DNA of 64,000 bases, from positions 100,318,001-100,382,000 of the forward strand of contig CM052817.1 of NCBI GenBank assembly GCA_028534125.1. The letters run 5' to 3'. Positions 1 through 12,379 of the stretch are shown piece after piece (position 1 is the first letter of the stretch; each line of letters begins with the position of its first letter). The notes under the pieces are model-generated. The model was not told the DNA's origin. It worked only from the letters and a program-made list of their open reading frames with translations, and ran no database searches. The DNA is from Lama glama. Its lineage: Eukaryota. A program made the translations under genes and the position numbers.

Positions 1-700
1 GTGTTCTAGGCATTGAGGATTCAGCTAAATAAAGAAACTTGTATTCTAGTGAAGGTAAACAGACAAACACATTCACGTGTGATAACTGATGAGATAGAGA
101 GGAAGGGGCTGCTATTTTGATAGGCTGGTCGGAGAAGCTTCCGTGAACCGCTGATATTTCAGCAGAAACCTGAGTGAGGTGAGGGAGAGAAGTCTGCGGC
201 TATCTGATCTGGGGCAATCGCATTTCAGGCAGAGGGAACAACCTGGACAAATGCCCTGTGATGAGTGTATCCTTGGCTTACTGGAGGACCAGCAAGGAAG
301 CCAGCCTGGGTTGAGCAGAGTGAATCATGAGAAAAGACCAGATGGTGAGGCAGAGGATCAGGAAGCTAGAGGTTGGATCACTTAAGCCTCAGCCCTGGAG
401 GACTATAGTAATAATTCTGGATTTTTTTCTGAGTGCAATGGGAAGTCACTGGTGAGTGCTAAGTAGGAGAAGGACCCAAGTTAAGTAGGGGACACACTGA
501 GTTTGGAAGGGTGTGTGAGACGTCCAGGTGGAGGGAGGCAGCAGGCATTGGATATGATCCCACAAAGGGCTGAGGTTGGGATATACCTGGAGGATCCTCA
601 TCACATAGATGGTGATGGAGAGCATGGGTGCAGACACGTTTGCCTTGGAATGCTGTAGAAGGTGATGAGAAGGGGAGTTAACCAACAGTTAAGGAGTAGA
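1..700 (-). mobile_element. L2 LINE remnant (runs off window start)
   Basis: Degenerate L2-like text (gtgttctaggcattgaggattcag..., ctgagtgcaatgggaagtcactgg); boundaries approximate. Confidence 0.55.
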
Positions 701-2329
701 GAGAAGGAATTTATGAAGAATATTAAAAAGGAGCAACAAGAGAGGAAAGAGGAAGAAGGGAAATCATCAAAGTAACGGGTGAGAAATTCTGAAGGTCAAC
801 AGTCTCAGATGCCACAGAGAGTCACCCAAAGTCCAAACAGTATGCTTTGCCCTTCTCAATCTATAAGATAGTGCAGAGGAATTGGAAGTGGGAAGATTAC
901 AGCAGACTAAGGAATCAACCAGCAGTGGTGAGTTAGTGTGGACATCATCTCAAGTTGATAAGCCTGGTCCAGATACTTTAACCTCTACACTTTCTGGGCT
1001 GTACCCATTGGGCTAGTGAGCAAGTTGCAGGCTTGGTTAAAATCAGGACAGAACCAAAAATAGCTCCTGCCAAGTGGTGGACTGATGACAGATCAGGAAG
1101 TTGTGGTCATGGGGTTTGTGTAGATTGAGGAGGAGACAAAACTGGGAAGATGCTGATAGAGTGGAGCCAATGGAAGAGTAAGGATCCCAAGCTCCCAACG
1201 AGCATGAAGTGTAGGTGAAGTGGATACAACAGGTAGGGGGCTGGAAGAGCAGGAGGCTGAGGTCTGAGGAGATACTGGAGTCACAAATTTGAAAGGTAAA
1301 ACAGAGAAAAGCCAAAGGACAATCTGGGTAGCGTGGAGCAGAGGCAAAGTTCACTGGCTTCAAGGAGAGAAAAAATAATTCTATTAATGTAAGCTAATGA
1401 TGGGGAGGCTAGTAGATAACCATGACAACCTATGGAAGATAGTTTGCTTAAACAATTTAGTGGGTCCCAAGCAGCATTTATTTGCTTTTTTTTTTAATGG
1501 AATGAAATAGGACAAAACAGAATTATCTGAAAGCATCACTCTTAACTTTAAAAGAATGTTAAAAGAAAATTATTTTAAGTGTGTGTGCTTGCGCACATAC
1601 TGAATCAAAATGTAAAATATATTTCTTCTTGATGGTTGTGATAAGTAAGAAAGAATTGAAGCTGAGATGATATGAACTCCAAAGCAGGGTTTTTACAGGC
1701 AGGTGATGAGGTGTGGAAGATGAGACAGGAAATTTCAGCCTGAGCTGCTTTTGGCTTGAGCCACGTGAACCCCAGGAGAACGAGCAATGGTCCAGTGGCG
1801 ACCCACAAGAGTAGTGGTATCTGGTTTAGACCTGCTGATAGAAGAAGCCATTCCTCTGAGGTTTGGAAGTGCTGAGAGCTGAGCACTCCCAGAACAAAGC
1901 ATGATCGTTACAAATGGTGTGATTTGGGGATGTAGGTTCGAGTCACAATATCCAGAAACCATAGCACTGCGACAATCAGTCAAGCACCTTTGTTTTGAGA
2001 AAGGAGCAAGATCTGGCTTAAATTTTGCTCTGTCAAAACACAGCAGACCCCGTAGCTGCAGCTCTGTGGATGCCGCCTTGGCTTCTCAGAGGCTTGTGTA
2101 AGCAGAGAGGGTGAGTGTCGATTTTTCCCTCTCAGTGTAAATTTCATCTGACTTTCCTCTTTCAGAGTCCGCATTATCTTTTCTTCCCTTTTCTACTTTG
2201 TTACTGTGCTGTGTGAACTTTACCTGTGGCCTGAGGACTAAATACCTGGGTTTAGTTGCAAGAATAAAGACATGGAAGAAACAGACCATAGGCTTCTCAA
2301 GCCGGTCTTCGTGTCCCTGGAGTTTGCAC

Positions 2330-2730
2330 ATGCCCTGTTATTCTGAAAACTCACCTCCATTTAACTCCTGAGCAAACACGTTTTCCCAGCAAAATTCCCT
2401 TTGCACTTAAGTGTGGCCACGTGACTAAATTTCAGCCAATAGTGTGGAGGCAGAGGCAGGAAGTGTGGCTTCCAGGCTCTGCTCCTGGAAACTGGCCACA
2501 TTCAGTCCTGTCCCACTTCCCTCATCTGTAATTGGGATGTCAATGCCAGGGCAGAACTGGGAGCTTCCTGTTGGAGACCACAGAGACTCAGCCAGCCTAG
2601 ACCCTGGACTGCAGAGGAGCGGAGACTCCTTCCACACCCCTCCCATCCCCAGTTTGTAGGACTTCAAAGGAGAAAGAAATATTGTCTTCTGGAGTTTGTC
2701 TGTTCCAGCAGCTTGCATTACCTTAACTAC
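2330..2730 (+). mobile_element. Old MaLR LTR (MLT1I/J-like)
   Basis: tgtggccacgtgactaaatttcagccaat...gtttgtctgttccagcagc motifs typical of old MLT1 LTRs. Confidence 0.5.
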
Positions 2731-4149
2731 TGCCTCTGGCTCCTGTGTTTACGCAGAAGGCCCACCCTGGGTGCCAACTGGATCTCCGTATTCATTTACA
2801 GTTCGCCTTTGGAGCTGAAACAAATTGGTGATTTCATTTTATCTCTCCACAGAGGCTTCGCTCAGGGGTTTGCAAAGAAACTTTCTTGGTTGCTTTCATT
2901 TTAATTTGTGTGTTTATTTTCTCACCATCATTAAAAAAGCAAGTAGAGGAGCACTCCGTGCTCTCCCAGGCCCACTGAAGTCCAGAGCAGGGCTAGCCAC
3001 CCAGCAGGTGCTCAAAATGTTGCCCAGCTGATTGTAGATTTTGCTTTAAGAAATCACTTTTCCTCACTTTTGGAAGTCCCCAACTTAATTTACAACGAAC
3101 ACAAGCCAAGTGTTAGTGGAAATTGCCAGCGACTGTAAATAACAGCAACAGTTACCACACACGGGGCAGCGCAAGACGCCGGGCCCTGTGCTTCACGTTT
3201 TACACACATTAGCACCAATCGCCCCTTACGGTAGATATTAGTACACCATTTTTGAGATTTTTGAAGCAGAACCTGGGAATAGCTTACGGGACTTGCCAAG
3301 GTCACATAGCTAGCGGCTGGCTGGCGCCAAGATTTCTGAGTCAGATCTGACCAGCTCCAAGGCCCAATCTCGATACCTTTGCTTCCCAAATGTGTGCTGT
3401 TAAGTTGCTCGTTTCTTTCTTTGACTTTCCTCTGATACCGATTTTCCTGGGTCTGCTCATTGAGGTTCACACAGTGTACTCTGAATTCAGCCAGGGCCAC
3501 TTAATTTTAACAGAGGAAACAGAACTCAGGCCATTCAGCTCAGGGAGCTTCAGGCCTGCCTCGCTGGCTATTAGGGTATGTAAATATCTGCATAATTCTT
3601 CTGCAAACGTATGTCTATGCACTGCTCATTATTAAAGAGCACGTGCAAAAGGCATCACCTGTTGGGCTCTTTGGGCTCAAAGTTAAAGAAAAAACTGCTG
3701 GTGGATGTTAAAATTCTTGAGGTCACGTATCACATTTTGGGGAAGAACTTAGCACTCAACATCTTCACCTCATGCCTTGCTCAGGCCTGAAACTGGAACT
3801 AGTGTATGAGTTTACACTGGAACATGTTTCTATTAAAAACAGTTGTCTGCGCTAAGTCAGTTAGGGCAAGGTGACCAGGAGGCAGATACACTGCGTGGGT
3901 CTGGAGCAGTGGGAAGGAGGCACTGAGTGGTTGCGTGTATGGGGGTCATTTTAAGGCGTACTGGATTGCTACCAAATGGTCTTGGCCAGGTTTCAGGACT
4001 GCAGATATTCAGCACTCAAGTCTAGTTCCCCTCTTACCTTGGGCATATTGCTAAGTTCTCCAGGAATAAAATTCTGTCCATGGGCATGAGCTGGTGCTGA
4101 GTCCTTTCCAACTCTGAGACAGGAGTTAAGACAACTGGCTGCGAAGTAG

Positions 4150-4358
4150 TGCAGCCCAGGTCAAAATTCTGACTCAGTCAGCAGGCGGCTGTGTGACTTG
4201 GGGCAAGTGGCTCAGCCTTCCTGAGCCTCATTCTCCTCAGCATTGAAATAAGATGCTGTTATTTCCATCACAGGATTGTCTTGGGGCTAAATCTCCCCTG
4301 TAAAGCCTTTATCTTGGTGCTTGGTGCACAGAAGGTGTACAGTGAATGTGAGCTATCA
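4150..4358 (+). mobile_element. MIR SINE
   Basis: MIR core ctgtgtgacttggggcaagtggctcagccttcctgagcctca and MIR 3' tail. Confidence 0.7.
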
Positions 4359-5259
4359 GACCGGACTTTCATCCTGTCCCCTCACTGAGGTTTTAACACA
4401 TCCAGTAAAGGAAAGATTCAGCACTGGGTACTGGGTACTGGGTTTGGCACAGACACGAAAGAGCCTTGCCCTTGGGAGCTGAGAGTTTACATTCAGGATT
4501 TAAATATTCAGACTCACAAGCCCTTGAGCAAGAGACTTTATCTGTGTCTGAGCTTCCACGTGTGGAATGGGAGAGTGGGCAGGAGGGAACCTTCCAGCCT
4601 AATGTGTCTATGAGCCTGGATGTTGGCTGGAACTCAATTACAGACAGAAGGAAAGAATGATTAGTCACTACCCTGGCAAACAGGGGAAAGTGATCATGTC
4701 CTTTTATTAATAGACCAGGCTACGCAAGCCATAAAAATAGGGTAGCTTGGAAATTTAAGTTCTTTGAGTTTTGGGGTTTTGTTGCATTGAATGGAATATG
4801 AAAAGAGAATTGTGTTATGTGTGGACTTCGTGTAATGATCTCCTATCTCATGCTGCAAATCGATTACTTATTAGCTTTCATTGCCAAGGAAAGGAAAATA
4901 TATTACCATTCATTTTAGCCTTTTCCTTATCGATTTTGAGAGTCCAGTACCAGTTCTTTAAGAAAAAAGATTGCATTCAGTCTTACATTACAAAAGACCT
5001 GTACCACATTATAAAACACTAACAGAGGGAAAAAAGCAGAAATAAAATAAGCTTCTCATACTCCTCAGCCACCATAAGTGTTTAAACATTCTGCTTCCAT
5101 CTTTCTTCTGCATATTTTACACCGAGTATTGCATTTTTCACTAAACACCATATAATGAGCAATTACCATGTTACTGCATAGAGCTCATAATAATTTTTAA
5201 TTGGAAAATAATATCCCAAAAGGCATATCCCGGTTTATTTTCCCATCCCCCAATTCTTG

Positions 5260-5490
5260 TCAGAAGGTAGCAGAGGGGGAACACGGGATTTGGTGCCACA
5301 TTTCTTAGCAGTGTGACCTTGATCGAGCCAGCCATTTAATCTCTTCCGGCTTCAGTGTCCTCAGCTACAAAAACACGGGCTGTCCTGGTACCACTCTCGT
5401 CGGGCTATTGTGAGGACTAAATGCAATCGTGTCTGCAGAAGGCTCACTGCTCTCTGGAACGTGGCAGGGTTGACTGATGCCAGTGGTTGC
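5260..5490 (+). mobile_element. MIR SINE
   Basis: gcagtgtgaccttga...tttaatctcttccggcttcagtgtcctcagct...gctattgtgaggactaaatg. Confidence 0.65.
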
Positions 5491-6459
5491 TGCGACTTTG
5501 TGGTCTACATTCCAATCCGATGAATGATCTGATTCTTATAAACATCCCACAAGAAAATGCACATAAAATATCAAGCCATGTCACTCCAGCACTCTGGACC
5601 CGGTTCCTCATTTGCAAAGTGAGATGGTCAGACTATAAAGTGTGACCTCGAAGGCCCCTTCTGCCATGGTCCTCAGTCATTGCTAAAAGCAGCTGTAACC
5701 ACGGCAGGGAAGTGACCTTGTGGAAACTTTCAGCCTTCTTCACAGAGAAAGAGTCCTGCGAAGGCCTGAGGGTTTGCGTACATCAGTTTCTCTTTTTCTC
5801 CCAGATAAACATTTGACATTTTGTTCCACTGGCTTCTTTTGAAAGGCCTCTCCTTGCTCAGTCTGTGTGCCCTTCACAGCTCCATTTTTCACATGGGTTC
5901 AGCAGCCAGTGTGCTCACCCAAGGTTTTATTTATCCATTTCAGATTTCTAACATCTCTTCGCTGCCGTGATCATTTTCCTAGGTGGTCATTTAAGGAAGA
6001 TAAATTGGACTGCAAATCTCAGTAGAGCAGGCATTCCTTTCAGTCAGTCCCCAGGGAATAAGGACTTTTTCTCCCCACTCTTAACACCACCTACTTGCGG
6101 TCTCCCTAAAACCTCCCAAGAAGAGTTTTTGATTAAGAAAAGAAAAATTTGACCCCAGGGTAGCTGAACAGGCCCCCTCCTTGGTACGTGTACTGTTACC
6201 CCTAACATTCAGACTTCTCAGAGTCCCCAAACCAAGTGCCAAATTGAATGTTAGCATCAGAGCAGCCCTGCAAGGAAATAGATGTTGTCCTTAGCATAGG
6301 ACTGCCACCTGTCCCCTCTGACATCTTGTTCTCAGGGAACTTCCCACCACTCACCCACAGTGTCTCCCCAGTGGGCACACTATTGCATTTGGAAGGAAAC
6401 AGGTTGGAGAAGCGGCCTGCCTGGTGCCCATGGGCACCCACTGGCAGGTGATACAACAT

Positions 6460-6672
6460 GAGGTCAAGCCCATAGGCTCTGGATCCAGACTACCTGAGTT
6501 TGAATCCTTGCTTTGTTCTTACTGTGTGACCTTAGGTAAGTTATTTAACCTCTCTGTGCCTCATTTCCAAAATAAGATGCATAGAAGACTCTGATAAGAT
6601 TTGAGAGAACTAAATGAGTTAAAGCATACAGAAACTGTGAAATGTACCTGGCACATGTTCAATAAGTAGCTT
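6460..6672 (+). mobile_element. MIR SINE
   Basis: ggctctggatccagactacctgagtttgaatcc...tgtgaccttaggtaagttatttaacctctctgtgcctca. Confidence 0.8.
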
Positions 6673-6739
6673 TTCATGGGTGACCACGGATTTTGTGCTA
6701 AATGAACGAATCTGATCATCGCTTTAAAGACAGTCTGTT

Positions 6740-6962
6740 GCAGTGGAGAAAGTAGTAGAAAGAAGTGGAAAGGGGTTTAGGGACAGACCTGAGTTTGGAT
6801 CTCACCTCAATTTGTGTTTACCTTTCAGTACACACTGGATTTCTTGCATCTTCAGTGTCCTCATCTGTTCATTGGGAATACCTTATCCATTTTAGAGGCT
6901 GACCATGAAGACTAAACAGAATAAGGTATGTTGAGTTTAACACAGTGCCTGGTGTGTGTAAT
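6740..6962 (+). mobile_element. MIR SINE (degenerate)
   Basis: gacagacctgagtttggatc...cttcagtgtcctcatctg...aacacagtgcctgg. Confidence 0.55.
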
Positions 6963-7287
6963 CGGCCTTGGATAATGCAAACTCCTGTTGCAGCCCAGCC
7001 CCATGGGGCAGGCTCTCCCACCAGATTCACTCAACTCTCACCTCCTCTTGGAGAGGCAAGCACTGTCTCAATCGTCCGTGGTGTCTGCTTTCTTGCCGCC
7101 AGGCTAGCCTTGGCAGTTCCTGGGGCTTGGGTCAACAAAGCCTCTTTGAAAGTCTCTATTTTCCTCCAGCACTTGCTCCTGGTGGATGCCTGCCACCAAC
7201 TGGGGTAGCCTATGTGCTCTGGGTCACACCGCCACTTTCCAGTGCCCGAGCTGCTTTGTTCTCTTAACCAGCCACCAAGAGCCTTCC

Positions 7288-7312
7288 GCGCAGGCGCACG
7301 CCCTGACTTCCG
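7288..7312. promoter_or_regulatory. NRF1-like plus ETS-like motif pair
   Basis: gcgcaggcgca (7288-7298) and acttccg (7306-7312) in a small CpG-retaining patch. Confidence 0.35.
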
Positions 7313-7978
7313 TCCTCTCCGCCGCAGCCTGGCCTCTCTCCACCACCCGGACACAAAGGGGTTCCCGTGAAGCCAGCGGGGTCCTGTTCTCTGTGCTCCT
7401 GCTCACCCCTTTGGAGGGTTGGGGCTGTGGAACAATCATTCCTGCCCCTGGTTCTTCCAGCAGTTTCTCCTCCTCCTGCTGCTTTGTTGCTTTGTCTGTT
7501 TCATCTCCCCAGCCCAGACGTGCCTACCCCATCCCACCCCCACCTCCCCGGGCGAGACGTCAAGGCCCAGCTAAAGGCCTGTCTTTCTCCCAAAGACTTC
7601 AGACCTTTCCAGGTTCCAGAGGGCTCTCGCCTCTGAATTTCCAAGAGATTTATCCTCCATATGGCTCAGTAAGCCCTTGGAAGGATTGTAAGTTTTCCTG
7701 TGTATGGTGTTTCTCCCTTCTTCTGGCTTGCAAGCTCCTTGAGGACATAGAACCTTCTCTATGAGAGGGGCTCTGTCAATACTGATATTTTAGTTGATAT
7801 TCTGTGAATAACTCCTATTTGTTGAGTGAAGCCAAGGTAGGTGTGTAGCATGCATATATTTTCCTCTCTCTCTCTCTCACTGTGTTTGTCTACCATATTA
7901 TTTGGTCATCACAACATCCCCATGAAGCGGCTATTGCTATGCTGATTTTGCACTTAAAGAAATTGAAGTTCAGAGATT

Positions 7979-8134
7979 GGGGAGGGTATAGCTCGGTGGT
8001 TGAGTGTGCGCTTAGCATGCACGAAGTCCTGGATTCAATCCCCAGTACCTTCGTTAAAATAAATACCCGCCTCAAATAAAACCTAATTACCTCCCCCTCA
8101 CAAAATAAAACAAAAAATAAACAAACAAACAAAA
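7979..8134 (+). mobile_element. Vic-1 (camelid tRNA-Ala-derived) SINE inserted in a minus-strand MIR
   Basis: ggggagggtatagctcggtggttgag...gattcaatccccagtacc head, cctaattacctcccc segment, A-rich tail; 21-bp TSD aaagaaattgaagttcagaga at 7956-7976 and 8135-8155. Confidence 0.92.
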
Positions 8135-8626
8135 AAAGAAATTGAAGTTCAGAGAGAGAGGAAAAAAAAAAAAAAAGCTTGACCATAGCAAAATGGCTAG
8201 GAAGGAAGGAAGGCCAGGATCACAATTCAAGCACATTTCTCAGGTCTGTGCACTAACCACATAGTCTATCCACTATCTGTGTTGGATATCCCTTTCAGGC
8301 AATATATGTATCTCTGTTTGGTTGGCATTGATAAGCTATATGTATCAGCCATAGTTTCAAAACATTGTGTACATTATAAAACATGTATCACAAAAATATA
8401 AATAAAAGCTTAATATAAACCTAAGTATAGATCGTGGTCTCTAAATACCATCTCTCACTAAAAGGAACCAGCTGCTTGGGAAATGAGCTTGGAACATCTT
8501 GTCACATCAGGAAGCAAGGAAGCTATCAATTATTACTGAGGTCACATCAAAATATCTCAAGAACCAATGTGAAAGGTTCCACTGGCCAAAAAATGGGATG
8601 CTTGAACAACTGCAACAGGATAAACC

Positions 8627-8705
8627 ATATATATATGAATATATATATGTATGTGTGTGTGTATATATATTTTATATATGTATTATATATATATATATGT
8701 ATTTG
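8627..8705. repeat. (TA/TG)n low-complexity microsatellite
   Basis: atatatatatgaatatatatatgtatgtgtgtgtgtatatata... Confidence 0.85.
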
Positions 8706-9557
8706 TATGTTTATAATAACACTAAAAAGAAAACCTGGTGATCACTTTTGGAGAACACTAGGTGATCAACTTATTATTTTGAAAACTGGTAAAAAATAAA
8801 AAGCATTTATCCTACCTTTCTTGTAAGAATTGTGCCTTAGGGTTAGCAAATACTTAAAGAGAAGATTCTTTTTGTGGAAGTACTCCAGCTAATAAATGAA
8901 GACAGATAGATAGAATTAGGACACCTCACTTTTTAACCACAAGTGAATTGAAGAATCTGGCAATGATCATCGAAGATTGCTGATACCACAGAGACGATCA
9001 AATATTATGTTCTCCCATTAGATGTCCATAACACCATCTACAAAGTGTTCTTGCCAGAATATTTAATTTGAACCTGATGAAGCCTCTCGATTTTTCATTT
9101 ACAGGAAACACAAGGGATGGAAGCACATGATAAATGATACTATGGGAACATAATCAGCAAAATCCAGCCTGGAGAAGATTAGTCAGGAAAAACAATCCAA
9201 GGTCTTCAACCAAAAATTTGAGAGAAAAAAAAAAAAACCCCAAAAATCCCAACAGAATGATTGAGAGGGGGAAACCAATAGTTTAAAAGGGATGGACTTA
9301 AGGGACATATTTATACATTACAATGGACTTTGTGTGGACTTTGTTTGGATCCCAATTCAAACTAAAAATATATATATATTTATAAGACAATCGAAGAAAT
9401 GTGGATGCTGATTGGATATGCAATTATTTTGAGGGATTATTGCTGATGCTTTGGGAGTAGAATGATGACATTGTGGTTGTTTTTATAGAGGGAGGACTTG
9501 TTCTTTATAGATTTGTTTTTTAGATCTGTATATTAAAATATTTATAGCTGTAACGAT

Positions 9558-10068
9558 TGTGTATCCAGCAGAACACCAGAGCACCAGTTATCAATTCCAG
9601 GGAGCAGAATGCTGTGCACCGGTTACCAGTCCCAGGGGAGGACTCCAAACACTTCTGCTTACCTCATCTTGGTATCAGAGTTGCCAAGAAAAATACTGGA
9701 TGGAGCAATACTTTCCTTACATAGAAAAGAAACAGACTAATATCAGCTTCAATAGTGGGCGTGGTCCTCCATGGCCATTGGGTCTCTCCCGACAACCAAT
9801 GCAGGGCAGGTGGCTTACATGCACCCCTCTCAAGGTGGAAAGACCCCAATCCCTCTCCCATGGACTCTGAAATACTGAAGGCTGGGGGTGTGCCTGGGGG
9901 GCCACCAATGTACACGCTCAAGCAGAACTGAGGCAGGTTCACTGAGCCTGAAACAGGGACAGCTATTCCCCTACAAAGTGGGCTCTTTATCTCTCGGTGA
10001 AGAAGTGCTGGGAGAGAGGGAGTGGTTGTCAAAAGACTGCAGGCACCAGATGGCCTTTCCAGTATGCA
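9558..10068. mobile_element. LTR-like insertion (TG...CA, ~510 bp), family not identified
   Basis: Interrupts L1MC-like sequence; begins tgtg, ends tgca; flanks acgat/acgtc resemble a decayed TSD. Confidence 0.5.
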
Positions 10069-10283
10069 ACGTCTGAGATTTGCTTCACATAATGTGGGAG
10101 GAGAAGCGGGCAGGGCAAGTATGGGGGTGAATAGAAAAAACTAGCCATGAATTGATCATTTTTAAAGTTGGATGCTAGCTGCATGGGGACATGGGCAGTT
10201 CATGATATTATTCTACTTTTGTATATATTTCAACTTTTAATAGCAAAAATGGCTTTGTAATGGTAACATAAAAATAAAGTTTG

Positions 10284-10500
10284 AACAGATACACATTACT
10301 ATATATAAAGTAGATAAACACCAAGGACCTACTGTGTAACACAGGGAACTATATTCAATTTCTTATAATGAGCTGTAATGGAAAAGCATCTGAAAAATAT
10401 ATATGTATAACTGAATCACTTTGCTATACACCTGAAACTAACATTGTAAATCGACTACAGTTCAATAAAAAATAAGAATAAAAAAGGAACAAATTAGAAA
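10284..10500 (+). mobile_element. 5'-truncated cetartiodactyl-type L1 3' end
   Basis: aacagatacacattactatatataaag...acagggaactatattcaa...ctgaatcactttgctatacacctgaaactaac...aataaa + A-rich tail. Confidence 0.85.
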
Positions 10501-11135
10501 AATAAATATGAAAAATTTTAGTTCTTTCACTTCCAGGAGATTGGGGACAGCACCCTCTGCGTGTGACACCCCACTTTGGAGACCACTGCTCTCATCCGCC
10601 ATATAGCCTCACCTCTCAACCCAAGGCCCACAGGAGATATGACCATCAGAGGTCTCCTCCACCCAGGAACCAAGGGCTGCGCCCCATCTGAAGGCCTTCA
10701 GAGACAGAGACATGTCAGCCCAGCTTGCCAAATCAGTAGTACTGAAAAGTCTTGTCATTGGGAATTCCTTCATTCTGTGAGATCGAGGTGTCTTCATGAC
10801 AATGGAAGGAATCTGCTTTTCAAGATCCCTTCAGAAGGAAAGATTTGCATTATTTAAAGAAAAAAAATGCAGTGTTTAAGAAAAAGAAAAAAGACAAAGT
10901 TCTCCTTCAAGAAATAACAACCCTGCCACCTTCCTCCAGGTGTGAAATAATGCCACTGGCGATGAGATTGGGGTGTTCTATCACTGTCTCAATAAACTTT
11001 CTCTTCCCTGGATAGTATTTTATAGTTACTGTTTCTACGCCCCATTGGTGCAGGCATAATTTATTATTTGTTTACATGTTCACTTGCTCTGCTAAGGTAG
11101 AAGCCCAGTGATGCATTATTACTGTGCGTGCTTGG

Positions 11136-11163
11136 GTGTGTGTGTGTGTGTGTGCGCGCGCGC
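11136..11163. repeat. (GT)n(GC)n compound microsatellite
   Basis: gtgtgtgtgtgtgtgtgtgcgcgcgcgc read directly. Confidence 0.9.
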
Positions 11164-11599
11164 CTGTGCTTGCACACACATTGACAGACCTCTCGAGAAG
11201 AGCTGACAGGTTCTGAGCTTTGACTTTTCATAGGACCAGTGGCCTCCCCAGGACTTTGGGCACCTCCATGGGCTCTTGGCTTAGATCAAATGTGTCCTGT
11301 GCCCCCATATTCTCTTCTCCTTCCCTGAGAAGGAGCAGAACAATCCCTCAGCGACGCTGGCTCCCTCTGACTGCTCCCCGTCCATATTCCCTCCTCTGAC
11401 TTATCTCCTTGTAGGAAGATGAAATTCCTCCCATTTCTGGGCAGAACGTCAGTTTGCACAGCACTTTTCTCAAGAGAGTTGCATGAAGGAAATAAGGCAG
11501 ATGTTATGATCTGCCTTTTGTCTCCATGTGAGACCCAGCAAGGTCAAGGGTGGATGCAGGTTCACACAGCAAGGCCAGCTCTGATGGGAGGGCCATGAC

Positions 11600-11780
11600 C
11601 ACCTTGCCCACTCACTGGCTCTCTGACCTGGGGCAAGTCACTGAAGGCTCAGGTTCTTCGTTATTAAAGGGTGCAGAGGATGGTACTGATTGCGCAGGGC
11701 TGTTTCTGAAACGATAGATTGTTTAAAATGCTCAGCCGAATGACTGGTGTGTCATAAATGTGCAATAAATGTTACCAATG
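11600..11780 (+). mobile_element. MIR SINE
   Basis: ctctgacctggggcaagtcactgaa...tgcaataaatgttac. Confidence 0.55.
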
Positions 11781-12379
11781 CTAGTGGTCTTTACAAAGAA
11801 TTGTGTTCTGGGACTTTGTAACAACAACAAGAAGAAAAGGGGGTTTACTACATGCTAGGTACGGTCTGAAGCCCTTTTTTGTGAATTAGCCCGTTTATTT
11901 GTCACAACAGACTTACCTAGTAGTCATTATTATTACTCTTGTACTATGGATAAGGGACACAGATTGTTAGGTTTAAGTAACCTGGTAATTTTCTTGCCTT
12001 TATTTAATTTATTTATTTAGTTTTATTGATTCCTTGCCTTTAATAAAAGAATCAGCTGGCATTTGAAGTATTTCCTCCCTTTGGCATCTTCAGCAGCATC
12101 ATTTGAGATGTACAGGACTGTCCCTGCCAGTGGGGGTCTCCCAATCCCCCACCAGCGCGTGCTCAGAGGTCACCACCGCTGCTGTGTCACCTGCTTGGTA
12201 ACCTCCCTGGCTGTGGAAGTGACAGTCCCAACCTTACGCCTCAGAAGTTCCTTCGGTGAGGAAACTGAGGCTCAGAGCGGGGAGTAACCCGCCCAGATCT
12301 ACTTGGTGAGCTAGGAGGGTCCGGTCAGAGTTCTTACCCTCCTTTCGGTGTCCTGGATGCTGTGAGAGCGCAAAGGGCC

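Larger units (their letters stand above)
8430..10260 (+). mobile_element. Ancient L1 3' region (L1MC-like), interrupted by an LTR-like insert at 9558-10068 and a (TA)n tract
   Basis: tctctaaataccatctctcactaaaaggaaccag...; text resumes at gtctgagatttgcttca after the insert. Confidence 0.6.

Noticed and set aside
1699..2110. Possible exon between ttttacag and agg|gtgagt
   Set aside because: Splice-like motifs only; frames contain stops and there is no supporting homology
7186..7764. 192-aa ORF
   Set aside because: S/P-rich translation of GC-rich DNA; no recognisable family or exon structure
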